A stretch of 64,000 nt of DNA from a bacterium (lineage in GTDB: Bacteria; SAR324; JACQKK01). The notes beneath the pieces are model-generated. The model searched no databases, was not told where the DNA came from, and worked only from the letters and a program-made list of their open reading frames with translations. The position numbers were made by a program, and so were the translations under genes. The DNA is taken from NCBI GenBank assembly GCA_965205845.1, contig CBDBIG010000003.1:212453-276452 (forward strand), given 5' to 3'. This document shows, piece by piece, positions 1-10,167 of this stretch; position 1 is the stretch's first letter, and every line of letters starts with the position of its first letter.

Positions 1-2219
1 GTGATTCGACCAAAGGTTGGGTTTTAGGGCATTTAGCCCACGCTGAGATTTTTGAGAAATTTTTGCATATCAAGTTTGTAGGGCAAAAGCGCTTTTCTTT
101 AGAAGGTGCTGAATCACTCATTGTGATGCTAAATGGCATGGTGAATGAAGCCATTGAAACGGGGGTCGAAGACGTGGTGCTCGGGATGCCACATCGTGGC
201 CGCTTAAACACGTTGTTCAATGTAATGCAAAAAGCACCAGAGCAGATTTTTGCCGAATTTGATGACACCCAAGAGGTAAATGAACTCACCGGTTCGGGGG
301 ATGTAAAATACCACAAGGGGTATTCCAGCGATTCCGTGCGCAACGGTAAAAAAGTCCACCTCACCCTAACCTTTAACCCTTCTCACTTAGAGGTGGTCAA
401 CCCTGTTGCCCTGGGCAATGTGCGTGCCAAGCAAGACTTCCGCCACGATACCCAAAGAAAACGCATCATTCCCGTGATTATGCACGGTGACGCAGCATTT
501 GCAGGCCAAGGTTTGGTTATGGAAACCATGAACCTTGCCAATTTAGAGGGCTATACCACGGGTGGGACCATCCATGTTATCGTCAACAACCAAATTGGTT
601 TTACCACCTTGCCTCACGATTCGCGCTCCACAGTGTACGCGAGCGATGCGTGCAAAATGCTAAATGCCCCCGTTTTTCACGTGAATGGCGATGATCCAGA
701 AGCCGTGTTACGGGTATCACAACTGGCCGTACAATACCGTCAAGACTTTGGGGCGGATGTGTATATTGACATGTATTGCTATCGTCGTTTTGGCCATAAT
801 GAAGGCGATGAGCCCGGTTTTACCCAACCCCACATGTACCATCTCATTAAAAACCGTCCTTCCACCTTGCAGCTCTACACTGAGAAATTGCAAAGCGAAG
901 GCGTGGTAAGTCCCGCTCAAGTGAAGGAAATTCACGACAGTTATCGCCAAAAATTAGAAGATGCCCTTAGCTTCGAACGCGCAGGGAGTGCACCCAAAAT
1001 AAGTACGGATCTAGAAGGGGTTTGGGAAGGGATTGAACGGAGAAATGGCGACAGCGTCGTTCCCCCTATAAGCAAGGAGGTGCTGGTTAAACTGAGTGAG
1101 GTTTTATGGCGTTTACCCAAAGGTTTTAACCTGCACCCACGCTTGAAACGCTTGATTGAATCGCGCAAAAAGATGGCTTTGGGGGAAAGCGCACTGGACT
1201 GGGGTATGGGGGAACTTTTGGCCTATGGCAGCCTTGTGTATGAGGGCTTGCATGTGCGTATCAGCGGTCAAGATAGCATGCGTGGCACCTTTAGTCACCG
1301 CCATGCAGGCTTTATTGATATGCAAAGTGCCAAACCTTTTTACCCCTTGCAGCATGTGAAGGCTGAACAAGGGGATTTTCATGTGTTCAACAGCCCCCTT
1401 TCCGAGATGGGTGTGTTGGGTTTTGAGTACGGATATTCTTTGGCTAGTCCCCAAGCTTTGGTGATTTGGGAGGCGCAGTTTGGTGACTTTGCCAATGGCG
1501 CCCAGGTGGTGATTGACCAGTTTATTTGTTGTGCTGAGCACAAATGGCGCCGCATGAGCGGCCTTGTGCTTCTCCTTCCTCATGGCTTTGAAGGCCAGGG
1601 TGCAGAACATTCGAGCGCACGCCTTGAGCGCTATTTACAACTATGTGCCGAGGACAACATCCAGGTGGTTTACCCCACCACGCCCGCACAGTGCTTTCAC
1701 ATGATGCGCCGCCAGATGCACGGCAGAGCGCGCAAACCCCTGATTGTCATGTCGCCTAAAAGCTTGCTGCGTCATCCCCGTGCCACCTCGCCTTTGTCCA
1801 GTTTTGCACAAGGGGAATTTCAAAAGGTGATTTGTGATCATGCGCCCGATCCCGCTAACATCAAACGTGTGCTGCTTTGCTCGGGTAAGGTTTACTATGA
1901 CTTGCTGCAAAAAATAGAAGCCGAAAACAGACAAGACGCCATTTTGATGCGCGTTGAACAGCTCTACCCCTTTCCAAGTCAAGAAATTGTGGCGGGGCTA
2001 AACGCTTTCCCCAATTTGCAAACCGTGTATTGGGCACAAGAGGAACCCCAAAATATGGGTGGTTGGACCTATGTTGCTCCACACTTGCACAAGTGTTTGC
2101 CCAAGCAGATAGTGGGAGTCCAATACGTAGGGCGCAAGGCTGCAGCTGCAGTCGCCGTGGGTTCACACCGTGTACACCAGCATGAACAAGAACAATTATT
2201 GACAGATGCTTTGGCATAA
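1..2219 (+). CDS. sucA: 2-oxoglutarate dehydrogenase E1 component, 5'-partial (frame continues from position 3; ATG at 63 is internal)
   Basis: In-frame translation from position 3 gives ...GHLAHAEIFEKFLHIKFVGQKRFSLEGAESLIVML..., the hallmark E1o central region. The C-terminal transketolase-like region follows. The gene is immediately followed by sucB and lpd. Confidence 0.85.
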   Translation, partial: DSTKGWVLGHLAHAEIFEKFLHIKFVGQKRFSLEGAESLIVMLNGMVNEAIETGVEDVVLGMPHRGRLNTLFNVMQKAPEQIFAEFDDTQEVNELTGSGDVKYHKGYSSDSVRNGKKVHLTLTFNPSHLEVVNPVALGNVRAKQDFRHDTQRKRIIPVIMHGDAAFAGQGLVMETMNLANLEGYTTGGTIHVIVNNQIGFTTLPHDSRSTVYASDACKMLNAPVFHVNGDDPEAVLRVSQLAVQYRQDFGADVYIDMYCYRRFGHNEGDEPGFTQPHMYHLIKNRPSTLQLYTEKLQSEGVVSPAQVKEIHDSYRQKLEDALSFERAGSAPKISTDLEGVWEGIERRNGDSVVPPISKEVLVKLSEVLWRLPKGFNLHPRLKRLIESRKKMALGESALDWGMGELLAYGSLVYEGLHVRISGQDSMRGTFSHRHAGFIDMQSAKPFYPLQHVKAEQGDFHVFNSPLSEMGVLGFEYGYSLASPQALVIWEAQFGDFANGAQVVIDQFICCAEHKWRRMSGLVLLLPHGFEGQGAEHSSARLERYLQLCAEDNIQVVYPTTPAQCFHMMRRQMHGRARKPLIVMSPKSLLRHPRATSPLSSFAQGEFQKVICDHAPDPANIKRVLLCSGKVYYDLLQKIEAENRQDAILMRVEQLYPFPSQEIVAGLNAFPNLQTVYWAQEEPQNMGGWTYVAPHLHKCLPKQIVGVQYVGRKAAAAVAVGSHRVHQHEQEQLLTDALA

Positions 2220-2289
2220 ATGCTGAGCACCCACGATGCGTGATGGAACACTTATTTTTTAAAGTTTTTAATTTGGCGATTGTAAAAGC

Positions 2290-3504
2290 ATGGCTATAAA
2301 TATTGTTGTCCCTACCATGGGTGAATCGATCTCTGAGGCAACCGTCTCCTCATGGTTAAAATCAAAAGGCGATGTGGTTGCGGAGGGGGATGTTTTGGTT
2401 GAATTAGAAACCGATAAGGTGATGGTTGAGGTCCCCGCACCTTGCTCGGGTCGGTTAAGTGACATTGCAAAAGACGAAGGAGAAATCGTTGGCCTCGAAG
2501 ACATCCTGGGCAGTATCGAAGAGGGTGCAACGGTTGCCACCACAGCAGCCCCTGCTTCCCCCCCGGCGGCGTCTGGTGCGCCTGAAGCCCTTGAGGCTTT
2601 GGTGCCCAAAGGGGTGGGACCCGCGGTAAAGCGCATTGCCGCAGAAACAGACCTTAACCCCGCCAATGTACGGGGCACAGGGCCCGGTGGCCGGGTTACC
2701 AAAGGGGATATGCTCCAGCAAGGAGCCACACCCAGGACAACACCACCCGCCCAAGCGCCACCGGCCTCCATCATGCCACCCGCACCGCACCGCACCGCAG
2801 GTGAGCGTACCGAAGAGCGTGTTCCCATGAGTCGCTTACGCCTGCGCATTGCGGAGAGGCTCGTGGAAGCACAACACACGGCTGCCATGCTCACCACTTT
2901 TAACGAAATTGACATGCGCGAGGTAATGACCGTAAGAAGCCTTTACAAGGAAAAGTTTCGTGAACACTATGGCGTTGGCTTAGGGTTTATGTCTTTCTTT
3001 GCCAAAGCTTGCGTGCAAGCATTAAAGGAAGTGCCCGCAATGAATGCCGAGCTCGATGGCAAAGACTTGATCTACAAAAAATACTACGACATGGGTGTTG
3101 CCGTAGGCACTGAGCGCGGCTTGGTGGTCCCTGTGGTCCGTGACTGCGACCTCCTCTCCCCCAGTGAGATTGAAATCGAAATTGCTCGCCTCGCTCAAAA
3201 AGCACGCAATGGCAACCTTTCGGTGGATGATTTAAGCGGTGGGACCTTTACCATTACCAATGGCGGCGTCTATGGCTCGATGATGTCAACCCCCATTTTA
3301 AACCCCCCACAAGTGGGTATTTTGGGCATGCACAACATTGTGAAACGTGCTGTGGCGGTGGGCGACAAAATAGAGATCCACCCCATGATGTACGTGGCTC
3401 TCTCGTACGATCACCGTGTGATTGATGGCAGGCAAGCCGTTGAGTTTTTGGTGAAAGTAAAGGAGCGCATTGAAGCACCCGCCAGATTGCTCTTGGAAAT
3501 ATAA
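2290..3504 (+). CDS. sucB: dihydrolipoyllysine-residue succinyltransferase (E2o)
   Basis: N-terminal lipoyl domain (VELETDKVMVEVPAPCSG) and a Pro/Ala-rich linker. The C-terminal catalytic domain ends ...SYDHRVIDGRQAVEFL. Synteny with sucA and lpd. Confidence 0.9.
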   Translation: MAINIVVPTMGESISEATVSSWLKSKGDVVAEGDVLVELETDKVMVEVPAPCSGRLSDIAKDEGEIVGLEDILGSIEEGATVATTAAPASPPAASGAPEALEALVPKGVGPAVKRIAAETDLNPANVRGTGPGGRVTKGDMLQQGATPRTTPPAQAPPASIMPPAPHRTAGERTEERVPMSRLRLRIAERLVEAQHTAAMLTTFNEIDMREVMTVRSLYKEKFREHYGVGLGFMSFFAKACVQALKEVPAMNAELDGKDLIYKKYYDMGVAVGTERGLVVPVVRDCDLLSPSEIEIEIARLAQKARNGNLSVDDLSGGTFTITNGGVYGSMMSTPILNPPQVGILGMHNIVKRAVAVGDKIEIHPMMYVALSYDHRVIDGRQAVEFLVKVKERIEAPARLLLEI

Positions 3505-3609
3505 GCCTGATAATCGCGTCGACACACCCTGCAATAGCCAGGGCAGCCACCACACTTGGGTTGGATATAACCTCTTGATTTTTTGTTAGCAAAGAAGGGC
3601 CATTCACTT

Positions 3610-5037
3610 ATGGCAGAAAACACATTTGACTTGGTGATTATTGGAGGGGGGCCTGCGGGATATGTGGGGGCTATTCGTGCAAGCCAGTTGGGTTTAAAAA
3701 CCGCTTGTGTCGAGATGCGCCCCGCCCTCGGGGGCACCTGCTTAAACGTGGGGTGTATTCCCAGCAAATGCCTCCTCGAATCCAGTGAACATTACCACAA
3801 TGCCCTCGAAAATCTTTCTACCCATGGGGTCGTGGTGGGCAAGGTGTCTTTAAACCTAGACACCATGCAAAAACGCAAAGAGCAGGTGGTAAACGATACT
3901 ACCAAGGGGGTTGCATTTTTGCTAAAAAAGAACGGGGTGGAACACTTTGAGGGTAAGGGGCGCATTGTTTCTGCCACCCAGGTTGAGGTAACGGCGCATG
4001 AGATGGGGGAGGAAGTTCCCACTGCCAACACGCAAATGCTCACCGCGCGCAAAATTCTCATTGCTACAGGCAGTGAACCAACCCCACTCCCCATGGCTCC
4101 TTTTGATGGAAAACGGATCATCAGTTCAACCGAGGCTTTAAACCTCAACAGCCCCCCTAAGCACCTGCTCGTGATTGGGGCAGGCGTGATTGGGCTTGAG
4201 TTGGGTTCGGTGTGGTTGCGCTTGGGTTCCCAGGTAAGCGTATTTGAGATGTTTCCCAAAATATGCGGCAATTTAGACCCACAACTGAGCAAAATGGCCC
4301 AGCGGAGCTTTGAACGCCAAGGCTTTCACTTTCACCTAGGGGTGAAAGTGGTCGCGGTAAACACCACTGCCGACAGCGTAACGGTGGTGGCTGAAGATTT
4401 CAAGGGCAAGCGGTTTGAACGCACGGGCGATGTGTTGCTGACGTCGATTGGGCGCAGACCTTACTGCGATTCCCTTGGGGCAGCGGTGGTGGGCGTGAAA
4501 TTTGATGATCGCAAGCGCATCGTTACGGACCCCCATTACCAAACCAGCGTTCCTGGGATTTATGCCGTGGGCGATGTGATTGCGGGTCCTATGCTGGCCC
4601 ATAAAGCTTCTGAAGAAGCCATTGCTGCAATCGAAGGCATGGTGAAAGGCTACGGACATATGTGCTATGACGCCATTCCTTTTGTTGTGTACACATGGCC
4701 TGAAATTGCCTGGGTTGGCAAAGGAGAGGAGGAACTCAAGCAAGAAGGCCGCGCTTACAAGGTAGGCTCTTATCCATTTTCAGCCTGCCCGAGGGCACGT
4801 ACCATGGCAGAAAAAGAGGGCATGGTCAAAATTTTGGCCGATGCCAAAACCGATACCCTGCTCGGGGTGCTCATTTTTGGGGCAAGAGCTTCTGACATGA
4901 TTGCAGAAGCTGCAGTGGCCGTAGAGTTTGGTGCCAGTGCCGAGGACCTTGCACGCTCAGTACACGCCCATCCCACCTTGGCAGAAGCCGTGAAAGAAGC
5001 TGCGCTAGCGGTAGATAAACGCGCCATCCACATGTAA
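3610..5037 (+). CDS. lpdA: dihydrolipoyl dehydrogenase (E3); an alternative start lies at 3583
   Basis: FAD-binding motif DLVIIGGGPAGY and the redox-active disulfide LGGTCLNVGCIPSK. The C-terminal dimerisation motif HAHPTLAE is present. Confidence 0.9.
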   Translation: MAENTFDLVIIGGGPAGYVGAIRASQLGLKTACVEMRPALGGTCLNVGCIPSKCLLESSEHYHNALENLSTHGVVVGKVSLNLDTMQKRKEQVVNDTTKGVAFLLKKNGVEHFEGKGRIVSATQVEVTAHEMGEEVPTANTQMLTARKILIATGSEPTPLPMAPFDGKRIISSTEALNLNSPPKHLLVIGAGVIGLELGSVWLRLGSQVSVFEMFPKICGNLDPQLSKMAQRSFERQGFHFHLGVKVVAVNTTADSVTVVAEDFKGKRFERTGDVLLTSIGRRPYCDSLGAAVVGVKFDDRKRIVTDPHYQTSVPGIYAVGDVIAGPMLAHKASEEAIAAIEGMVKGYGHMCYDAIPFVVYTWPEIAWVGKGEEELKQEGRAYKVGSYPFSACPRARTMAEKEGMVKILADAKTDTLLGVLIFGARASDMIAEAAVAVEFGASAEDLARSVHAHPTLAEAVKEAALAVDKRAIHM

Positions 5038-5180
5038 TCCATGCAAAGGGAAACAAAAACGCTTTTGCTTTGGCAAGGTGCGTGGTTAGATCTCATGCCA
5101 CCCGTGTTTGTTTACAGACCGGGAGCATCATTTTTTTTCAAATGATAGGCACGCAAAAAAACCATTCTTCAGAGTAAGCC

Positions 5181-5885
5181 ATGAACTGGATTGGACACTA
5201 CCTTTGTGCATTACCTCAACCCCCTTTATTGCGTGCGGGGTCCGTGTTGGCAGACCTCGTGGGTATTCTCGACCGAAAACTTAAGCCACGCAACATAAAG
5301 CGCTGGGTGGCCCAATCTTCCATCAAACCCTCCGATGAAGTGCTGGCTTTGCTCAACGGCATGGTTTGGCATGAGGAGATTGATCGGCATTTTCATCGGC
5401 AAAATTTTTTTGTGCGCACCCAGTCCACCCTTTTTAAAACACTGCTCCAGGCTAATGGCCCTGCCAAACTCAAGCGGTTATTGCCTGCCCACGTGCTGGC
5501 AGAATTTTGGTTTGACTGCTATTTGGTAACCCAACATCCCGCCGTGCTCGTACATATACAACATGTGCTTCAACAGGCACATGAACCTTTACAAGCAATG
5601 CTATTGTGCGCACCCCACATTCAATGCCATGATGTTCTTACGCTACAAAAACGGATTGAACACAGCAATTTTGGCCAGGATTTTTGCTGCGAGCAAGGCC
5701 CTTTGCGACGGATGAATCGGATGTTGCCGCGCTTTGGCATGCGTGTGCTAACCCCCCAAGAAGAAAAGGCCACCTACGCATGCTGGATCTCCGTAAAAAT
5801 GGATGTGAGTGCCCACTTAGATGATTTTGTGATGCGCATGCAACGCTTGGCACTAACACAGGGCTGTGGCTTAACAACCCGTTAG
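5181..5885 (+). CDS. hypothetical protein with weak resemblance to acyl carrier protein phosphodiesterase (AcpH)
   Basis: N-terminus MNWIGHYLCA...AGSVLADLVG resembles AcpH (MNFLAHLHLA...SGNLLADFVRG). Beyond that the resemblance is weak. The 3' end runs into a 76-bp tandem array. Confidence 0.4.
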   Translation: MNWIGHYLCALPQPPLLRAGSVLADLVGILDRKLKPRNIKRWVAQSSIKPSDEVLALLNGMVWHEEIDRHFHRQNFFVRTQSTLFKTLLQANGPAKLKRLLPAHVLAEFWFDCYLVTQHPAVLVHIQHVLQQAHEPLQAMLLCAPHIQCHDVLTLQKRIEHSNFGQDFCCEQGPLRRMNRMLPRFGMRVLTPQEEKATYACWISVKMDVSAHLDDFVMRMQRLALTQGCGLTTR

Positions 5886-6203
5886 CATCGCATTGGATGA
5901 TTTTGTGATGCGCATGCAACGCTTGGCACTAACACAGGGCTGTGGCCTAAAAACCCATTAGCATCGCATTAGATGATTTTGTGATGCGCATGCAACGCTT
6001 GACACTAACACAGGGCTGTGGCTTAAAAACCCATTAGCATCGCATTGGATGATTTTGTGATGCGCATGCAACGCTTGACACTAACACAGGGCTGTGGCCT
6101 AAAAACCCATTAGCATTGCATTGGATGATTTTGTGATGCGCATGCAACGCTTGACACTAACACAGGGCTGTGGCTTAAAAACCCATTAGCATCGCATTGG
6201 ATG
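5820..6203. repeat. tandem repeat: 76-bp unit x5 plus a partial copy
   Basis: The unit gatgattttgtgatgcgcatgcaacgcttg[g/a]cactaacacagggctgtggc[t/c]taa[c/a]aaccc[g/a]ttagcatcgcatt[g/a]g recurs at 5820, 5896, 5972, 6048 and 6124. The first copy forms the last ~22 codons of the upstream ORF. Confidence 0.9.
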
Positions 6204-6255
6204 CGGAACCGCTGTTAAGGGCTTCCCCCCCTTTAAAAAGGAACCCAATTCAAGC

Positions 6256-7755
6256 ATGACCCACGCTTTAGCGCCCGATCCAAAAAATTTGTCTCCACCA
6301 GCAAAAACCCTCCTCGTGGGTACATTGCCGCGCACCCTTGGGGAACTCAAAAAGCGAGGCTGGCGCTCCATGAGTGTGCGCGAGGAGTTGCGGGGAAATT
6401 TAATGCTCAAACTCAAGACCAAGCAACCTCTTTTGCCTGGGGTGTTGGGCTACGAAAATAGCGTGATGCCTCAGTTATGCAATGCCATTTTGTCGGGGCA
6501 CGACCTTATTTTACTGGGGGAACGTGGGCAGGGCAAAACGCGGATTGTGCGCTTGCTTCTTGGTTTGCTTAACCCTTATGTGCCCTACCTCGAAGGGAGC
6601 GAGGTACGCGACAACCCCCTTGCACCCATTAGTGCCTACGGCCGCCAGCGCATTGCCAGTTGTGGTGACGAATCTCCCATTGCATGGGCAAGGCCAGCGG
6701 AACGCTATAGCGAAAAACTGGCCACCCCCGATACCTCATCTGCTGAACTGCTGGGGGATATCGACCCTGTTCGCATGGCCGAAGGCATTCGTATGTCGAG
6801 CGAGCTGGCTTTGCATTATGGCATGATTCCCCGCGCCAACCGCGGTTTGTTTGTGGTGAACGAACTTCCCGATCTCCCTGAGCGGGTACAGGTAAGTTTG
6901 TTCAACTTGCTTGAGGAGCGAGACGTTCAAATTCGCGGTCACCAATTGCGCCTTCACCTCGACCTCTTTATTGTGGCCACCGCCAACCCTGAGGACTACA
7001 CCAACCGTGGACGAATTATCACCCCACTCAAGGATCGTTACGCATCCCTTATTCGGACCCATTACCCCCAGACGCGTTCCATCGAAAATGCCATTGTACG
7101 GCAAGAAAGCGCGTTAAAACGCTCTTTGCCCATTACCATCCCACCCTTCCTCCAAGATGTGGTCACTGAAATCACCTTTCAAGCACGCCGCACCGAGAAA
7201 ATTAATCAAATCTCAGGGGTGAGTGTAAGAATGTCGATTGACAATCTTGAGAGCGTGGTAAGCAACGCTGAACGCCGTGCCATTTTGTTGCAAGAAGCCG
7301 AAATTGGGCCGCGGATTTCCGATCTTTATGCGGTCATTCCTACCAGCCAGGGGAAGTTGGAATGGGAGTTTGATGAGGAAGGCAATACTTTCGAGGAAAG
7401 CATGCACCAGCTCATTGGTCAGGCCGTTAAAACGGTTTTCGATGAGCGCGTTGCACGCGACAGTCTCGATAGCCTACTGGGGGCATTTGAAGAGGGCTGG
7501 TGGGTCGAAGCTTCCGATGCCATGCCTGTGTCCGTGTATTTATCTGCCTTAAAAACCCTAAAGGGCCTGCAAGCAGGTTTACGCCAGCTAAACATGGGTG
7601 AATCGCCCAACGAGATGGTGGCGGGCATGGAGTTTATTTTGGAAGGCTTGCATCAGCATCGGCTCTTAGAGCGCAAGGAATCAGAAAAAGGGTGGGTGTA
7701 TGCCACCAGCAAAAATGCTTTCAACCCCTCCCTACCCGCACAACCCTTTACGTAA
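6256..7755 (+). CDS. AAA+ ATPase, Mg-chelatase ChlI/BchI-like (MoxR/CoxD-class)
   Basis: Walker A LLGERGQGKTRIVR matches the ChlI LLGDRGTGKST pattern. Walker B and sensor regions GLFVVNELPDLPERVQVSLFNLLEERDVQIRG and the arginine-finger region FIVATANPEDY...PLKDRY are present. Confidence 0.7.
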   Translation: MTHALAPDPKNLSPPAKTLLVGTLPRTLGELKKRGWRSMSVREELRGNLMLKLKTKQPLLPGVLGYENSVMPQLCNAILSGHDLILLGERGQGKTRIVRLLLGLLNPYVPYLEGSEVRDNPLAPISAYGRQRIASCGDESPIAWARPAERYSEKLATPDTSSAELLGDIDPVRMAEGIRMSSELALHYGMIPRANRGLFVVNELPDLPERVQVSLFNLLEERDVQIRGHQLRLHLDLFIVATANPEDYTNRGRIITPLKDRYASLIRTHYPQTRSIENAIVRQESALKRSLPITIPPFLQDVVTEITFQARRTEKINQISGVSVRMSIDNLESVVSNAERRAILLQEAEIGPRISDLYAVIPTSQGKLEWEFDEEGNTFEESMHQLIGQAVKTVFDERVARDSLDSLLGAFEEGWWVEASDAMPVSVYLSALKTLKGLQAGLRQLNMGESPNEMVAGMEFILEGLHQHRLLERKESEKGWVYATSKNAFNPSLPAQPFT

Positions 7756-7847
7756 AAGCCATTCCCCTCTAACCCCAACCCCTCTCCTTATGTGCTAAGG
7801 GCGTTTTTTCAGCGCACCATTTTTTAGAAAAAAAAAAGGTCGATTCA

Positions 7848-9536
7848 ATGACCATGCAAGGCGTGCTAAGACGCTATTTTAGGGGAAAAGACCCCGGCGT
7901 ACGTCAAAAAAAACAAGACAGCACTGCATTAAGTCAAGCGGTGTTTGATGCCATGAGTCATTTGCTGCATGGCGGTCTTAACGTTCAAGAGGCAACCGAT
8001 TGGATGATTCGTCAAGGCATCCCTTTTTCCCAACAAGCGGGGATGCACCTCATTGGTGCAGAAAGCCTGCTGCAAGCCTTGCAACAACAGCGCAACCTTG
8101 CCTACTCTCAATACCATTTTGCAGATGCTTTTAAAGAACTTGCCAAAGATCTAAAAAATATTGTCCATCAAGAACGACAATCCATCTCCTCAAGCACGCT
8201 TTCTGCTAGGCAAAAGGAGGAGCGTCTCGCAGCCTTGCCTGCTTTGCAACCTCCACAACCCCCCCAAAAAACCCTGCACAGTTTGTTGCAATACAACAAA
8301 AAGAAGGGCTTTTTAGGGGCCAACGCGCAAAAACATACCCAGCAATGGGCTGACCATATGCAAGAGATTGTGCGCCTAGAACGCTTTAACCTCCGCCATG
8401 GCACCCAGTTTTATGGGCCAGAAAAGGTCGGTTTTCGAGGCGCATTGGCATTAAGCCAGCAGTTTGAGCAAATGCTTCAATTAAGCGAAGCCCTGCGTAC
8501 AGGCACCTGGGAGCAGGCCAATCCGAAAGAGATGGAGAATATCCTCGAAGAGGACGCCTTGCGTTCCTTGCAAATTATTTCCTCCCTCACCAAAATGCTT
8601 CATGACGAGGGCTGGTTAAAGCATGCTCCAGGAAATCGCTTCCGCCTTACCGCCAAAGGGGTCCGACGGGTGGGTAAAAATGCCTTAAAAGCACTTTCAC
8701 TACAAGCACCCGTCGAAGGACGACACGGAAAATTCACACTTAGCAACGCTTTTGGACGGGGTTTTCTTGATAAGGAGGTCAGCAAACGCTATCAATTTGG
8801 CGATAGCCTAGAACATCTTCATCCCGTAAACACCCTTAAAAATGCCCTGATTCGCCGTGGAAAAAATGCGTTTGGCCCAGCAAAATCGCACACTTTGTGG
8901 TTAGCGCCCGAGGATTTTGAGGTATGGCATGACAGAAAAACCGTTCGTTCTGCCACAGTATTGCTGCTCGATATGAGTTGGTCCATGGCGCGCCAAGGGC
9001 GCTTTGCTGCCGCCAAGCAGGTGGCCTTAGCCTTGGATTGCCTAATCCACTCACAACAATCCCAAGATGCCTACTACGTGGTGGGATTTAGCACCCGTGC
9101 GCATGTCATAAAACCTTCCCAACTGGCAGAAATTTCATGGGATACAAAGGACCCATTCACCAACTTGCAAGAAGGTTTGGCACTGGCACGCCAATTATTG
9201 ACCAAACATAAAAATGAGAAGGGCAATATTTTGGTGATTACCGATGGAAAACCCACCGCCGCCACCATCAACCGCAAAACCACCACCAGTTGGTCAGGGT
9301 TTATGGGTGCGATTCCACCCAAAATATTGCATGCCACTTTGCACGAAGTACGCTTGTGCACCCGCAAAGGGCTGCACATTAATGTGTTTATGCTCGATGA
9401 TAATCCAATTTTGATGCGTTTTGTCGAAAAACTCGCTAAAATTAACGCGGGGCGTGTTTTTTATAGCCACCCCAGTGCGCTACACCGATGCGTGCTCGTC
9501 GATTATTGGCGAAAACAGCGTCGGCGCATCGCTTAA
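7848..9536 (+). CDS. VWA-domain protein, CoxE-like (partner of the upstream AAA+ ATPase)
   Basis: The C-terminal VWA domain carries the MIDAS motif VLLLDMSWSM and ...ILVITDGKPTA. The EDFEVWHDRK stretch before it is CoxE-like. Confidence 0.75.
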   Translation: MTMQGVLRRYFRGKDPGVRQKKQDSTALSQAVFDAMSHLLHGGLNVQEATDWMIRQGIPFSQQAGMHLIGAESLLQALQQQRNLAYSQYHFADAFKELAKDLKNIVHQERQSISSSTLSARQKEERLAALPALQPPQPPQKTLHSLLQYNKKKGFLGANAQKHTQQWADHMQEIVRLERFNLRHGTQFYGPEKVGFRGALALSQQFEQMLQLSEALRTGTWEQANPKEMENILEEDALRSLQIISSLTKMLHDEGWLKHAPGNRFRLTAKGVRRVGKNALKALSLQAPVEGRHGKFTLSNAFGRGFLDKEVSKRYQFGDSLEHLHPVNTLKNALIRRGKNAFGPAKSHTLWLAPEDFEVWHDRKTVRSATVLLLDMSWSMARQGRFAAAKQVALALDCLIHSQQSQDAYYVVGFSTRAHVIKPSQLAEISWDTKDPFTNLQEGLALARQLLTKHKNEKGNILVITDGKPTAATINRKTTTSWSGFMGAIPPKILHATLHEVRLCTRKGLHINVFMLDDNPILMRFVEKLAKINAGRVFYSHPSALHRCVLVDYWRKQRRRIA

Positions 9537-9626
9537 AAAGCAAACGACCCGATGAGACTAAGGACAAAAAGTGACAACAGACGCCTTATAAAAACGTTAA
9601 AAATTCAAAAAAGTGACATGTAGGCT

Positions 9627-10019
9627 ATGGATCTCGATCAAATTGGTCGCAGTGATTTAAAGGTTATTTTGATATTTGCTCTTCATATCGCCAAAGTCGA
9701 TGACGACTTTGCGGACGGTGAAAAACAGGTGCTTAAGCGCTTGTTTGAGGTTTTGCACTTGTCTGAGGACGAAAAAAACGCTTTGGTCAAAAACAAACAT
9801 AGTTTAAACGCCGAATTACGTACGATTGAGAGCGATTTTTCCAAAGAGATGCTGGTCAAAGTGCTGTGCGCCGTGGCCCACGCCGATCATCACGAAGGCA
9901 GCGGGGAAGTCGATTTTATTCGCAAGGTCAATAAGTCGTTAAACAATCAGGTAAACTTGCTCCCTATCGAGGACTGGGAGGTGTACGAGTATGAAGTGCT
10001 CTCCCAATTGCGTATTTAA
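9627..10019 (+). CDS. hypothetical protein, TerB-like (tellurite-resistance TerB / DjlA N-terminal fold?)
   Basis: The pattern LIFALHIAKVDDDFADGEKQVLKRLFEVLHLSEDEK is typical of TerB-family helical proteins. This is a weak call. Confidence 0.35.
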   Translation: MDLDQIGRSDLKVILIFALHIAKVDDDFADGEKQVLKRLFEVLHLSEDEKNALVKNKHSLNAELRTIESDFSKEMLVKVLCAVAHADHHEGSGEVDFIRKVNKSLNNQVNLLPIEDWEVYEYEVLSQLRI

Positions 10020-10167
10020 AGCCCCCTCTTTTTTTGAAAAACGCTTTGCTTAACCACCAAGCCACCACCTTGATGAACACAGCACCGAGTGGCGCAGTTT
10101 TTCAGGGCTGTCGATCCGTGGGCTGTGCCCCTTGGGATTGCTAAACATAGGATTTTTTAAAAAAAGA

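Noticed and set aside
2268-2915. Long antisense ORFs overlapping sucB, lpd, gpmI, dnaA, ftsI, prc and others (e.g. 2268-2915, 1113-1610, 17438-18031, 53224-53673)
   Set aside because: The DNA is GC-rich, so stop-free antisense frames are expected. These ORFs have no motifs, and each is fully contained within a well-supported gene on the opposite strand.
5820-6203. Regularly spaced direct repeats that could be mistaken for CRISPR arrays (also at 12484-12845, 29517-29690, 57374-57715 and 59588-59930)
   Set aside because: The units are contiguous tandem copies with no unique spacers between them. Unit lengths (76, 87 and 113 bp) are well outside the CRISPR repeat range, and there are no cas genes nearby. 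These are minisatellite-type tandem repeats.
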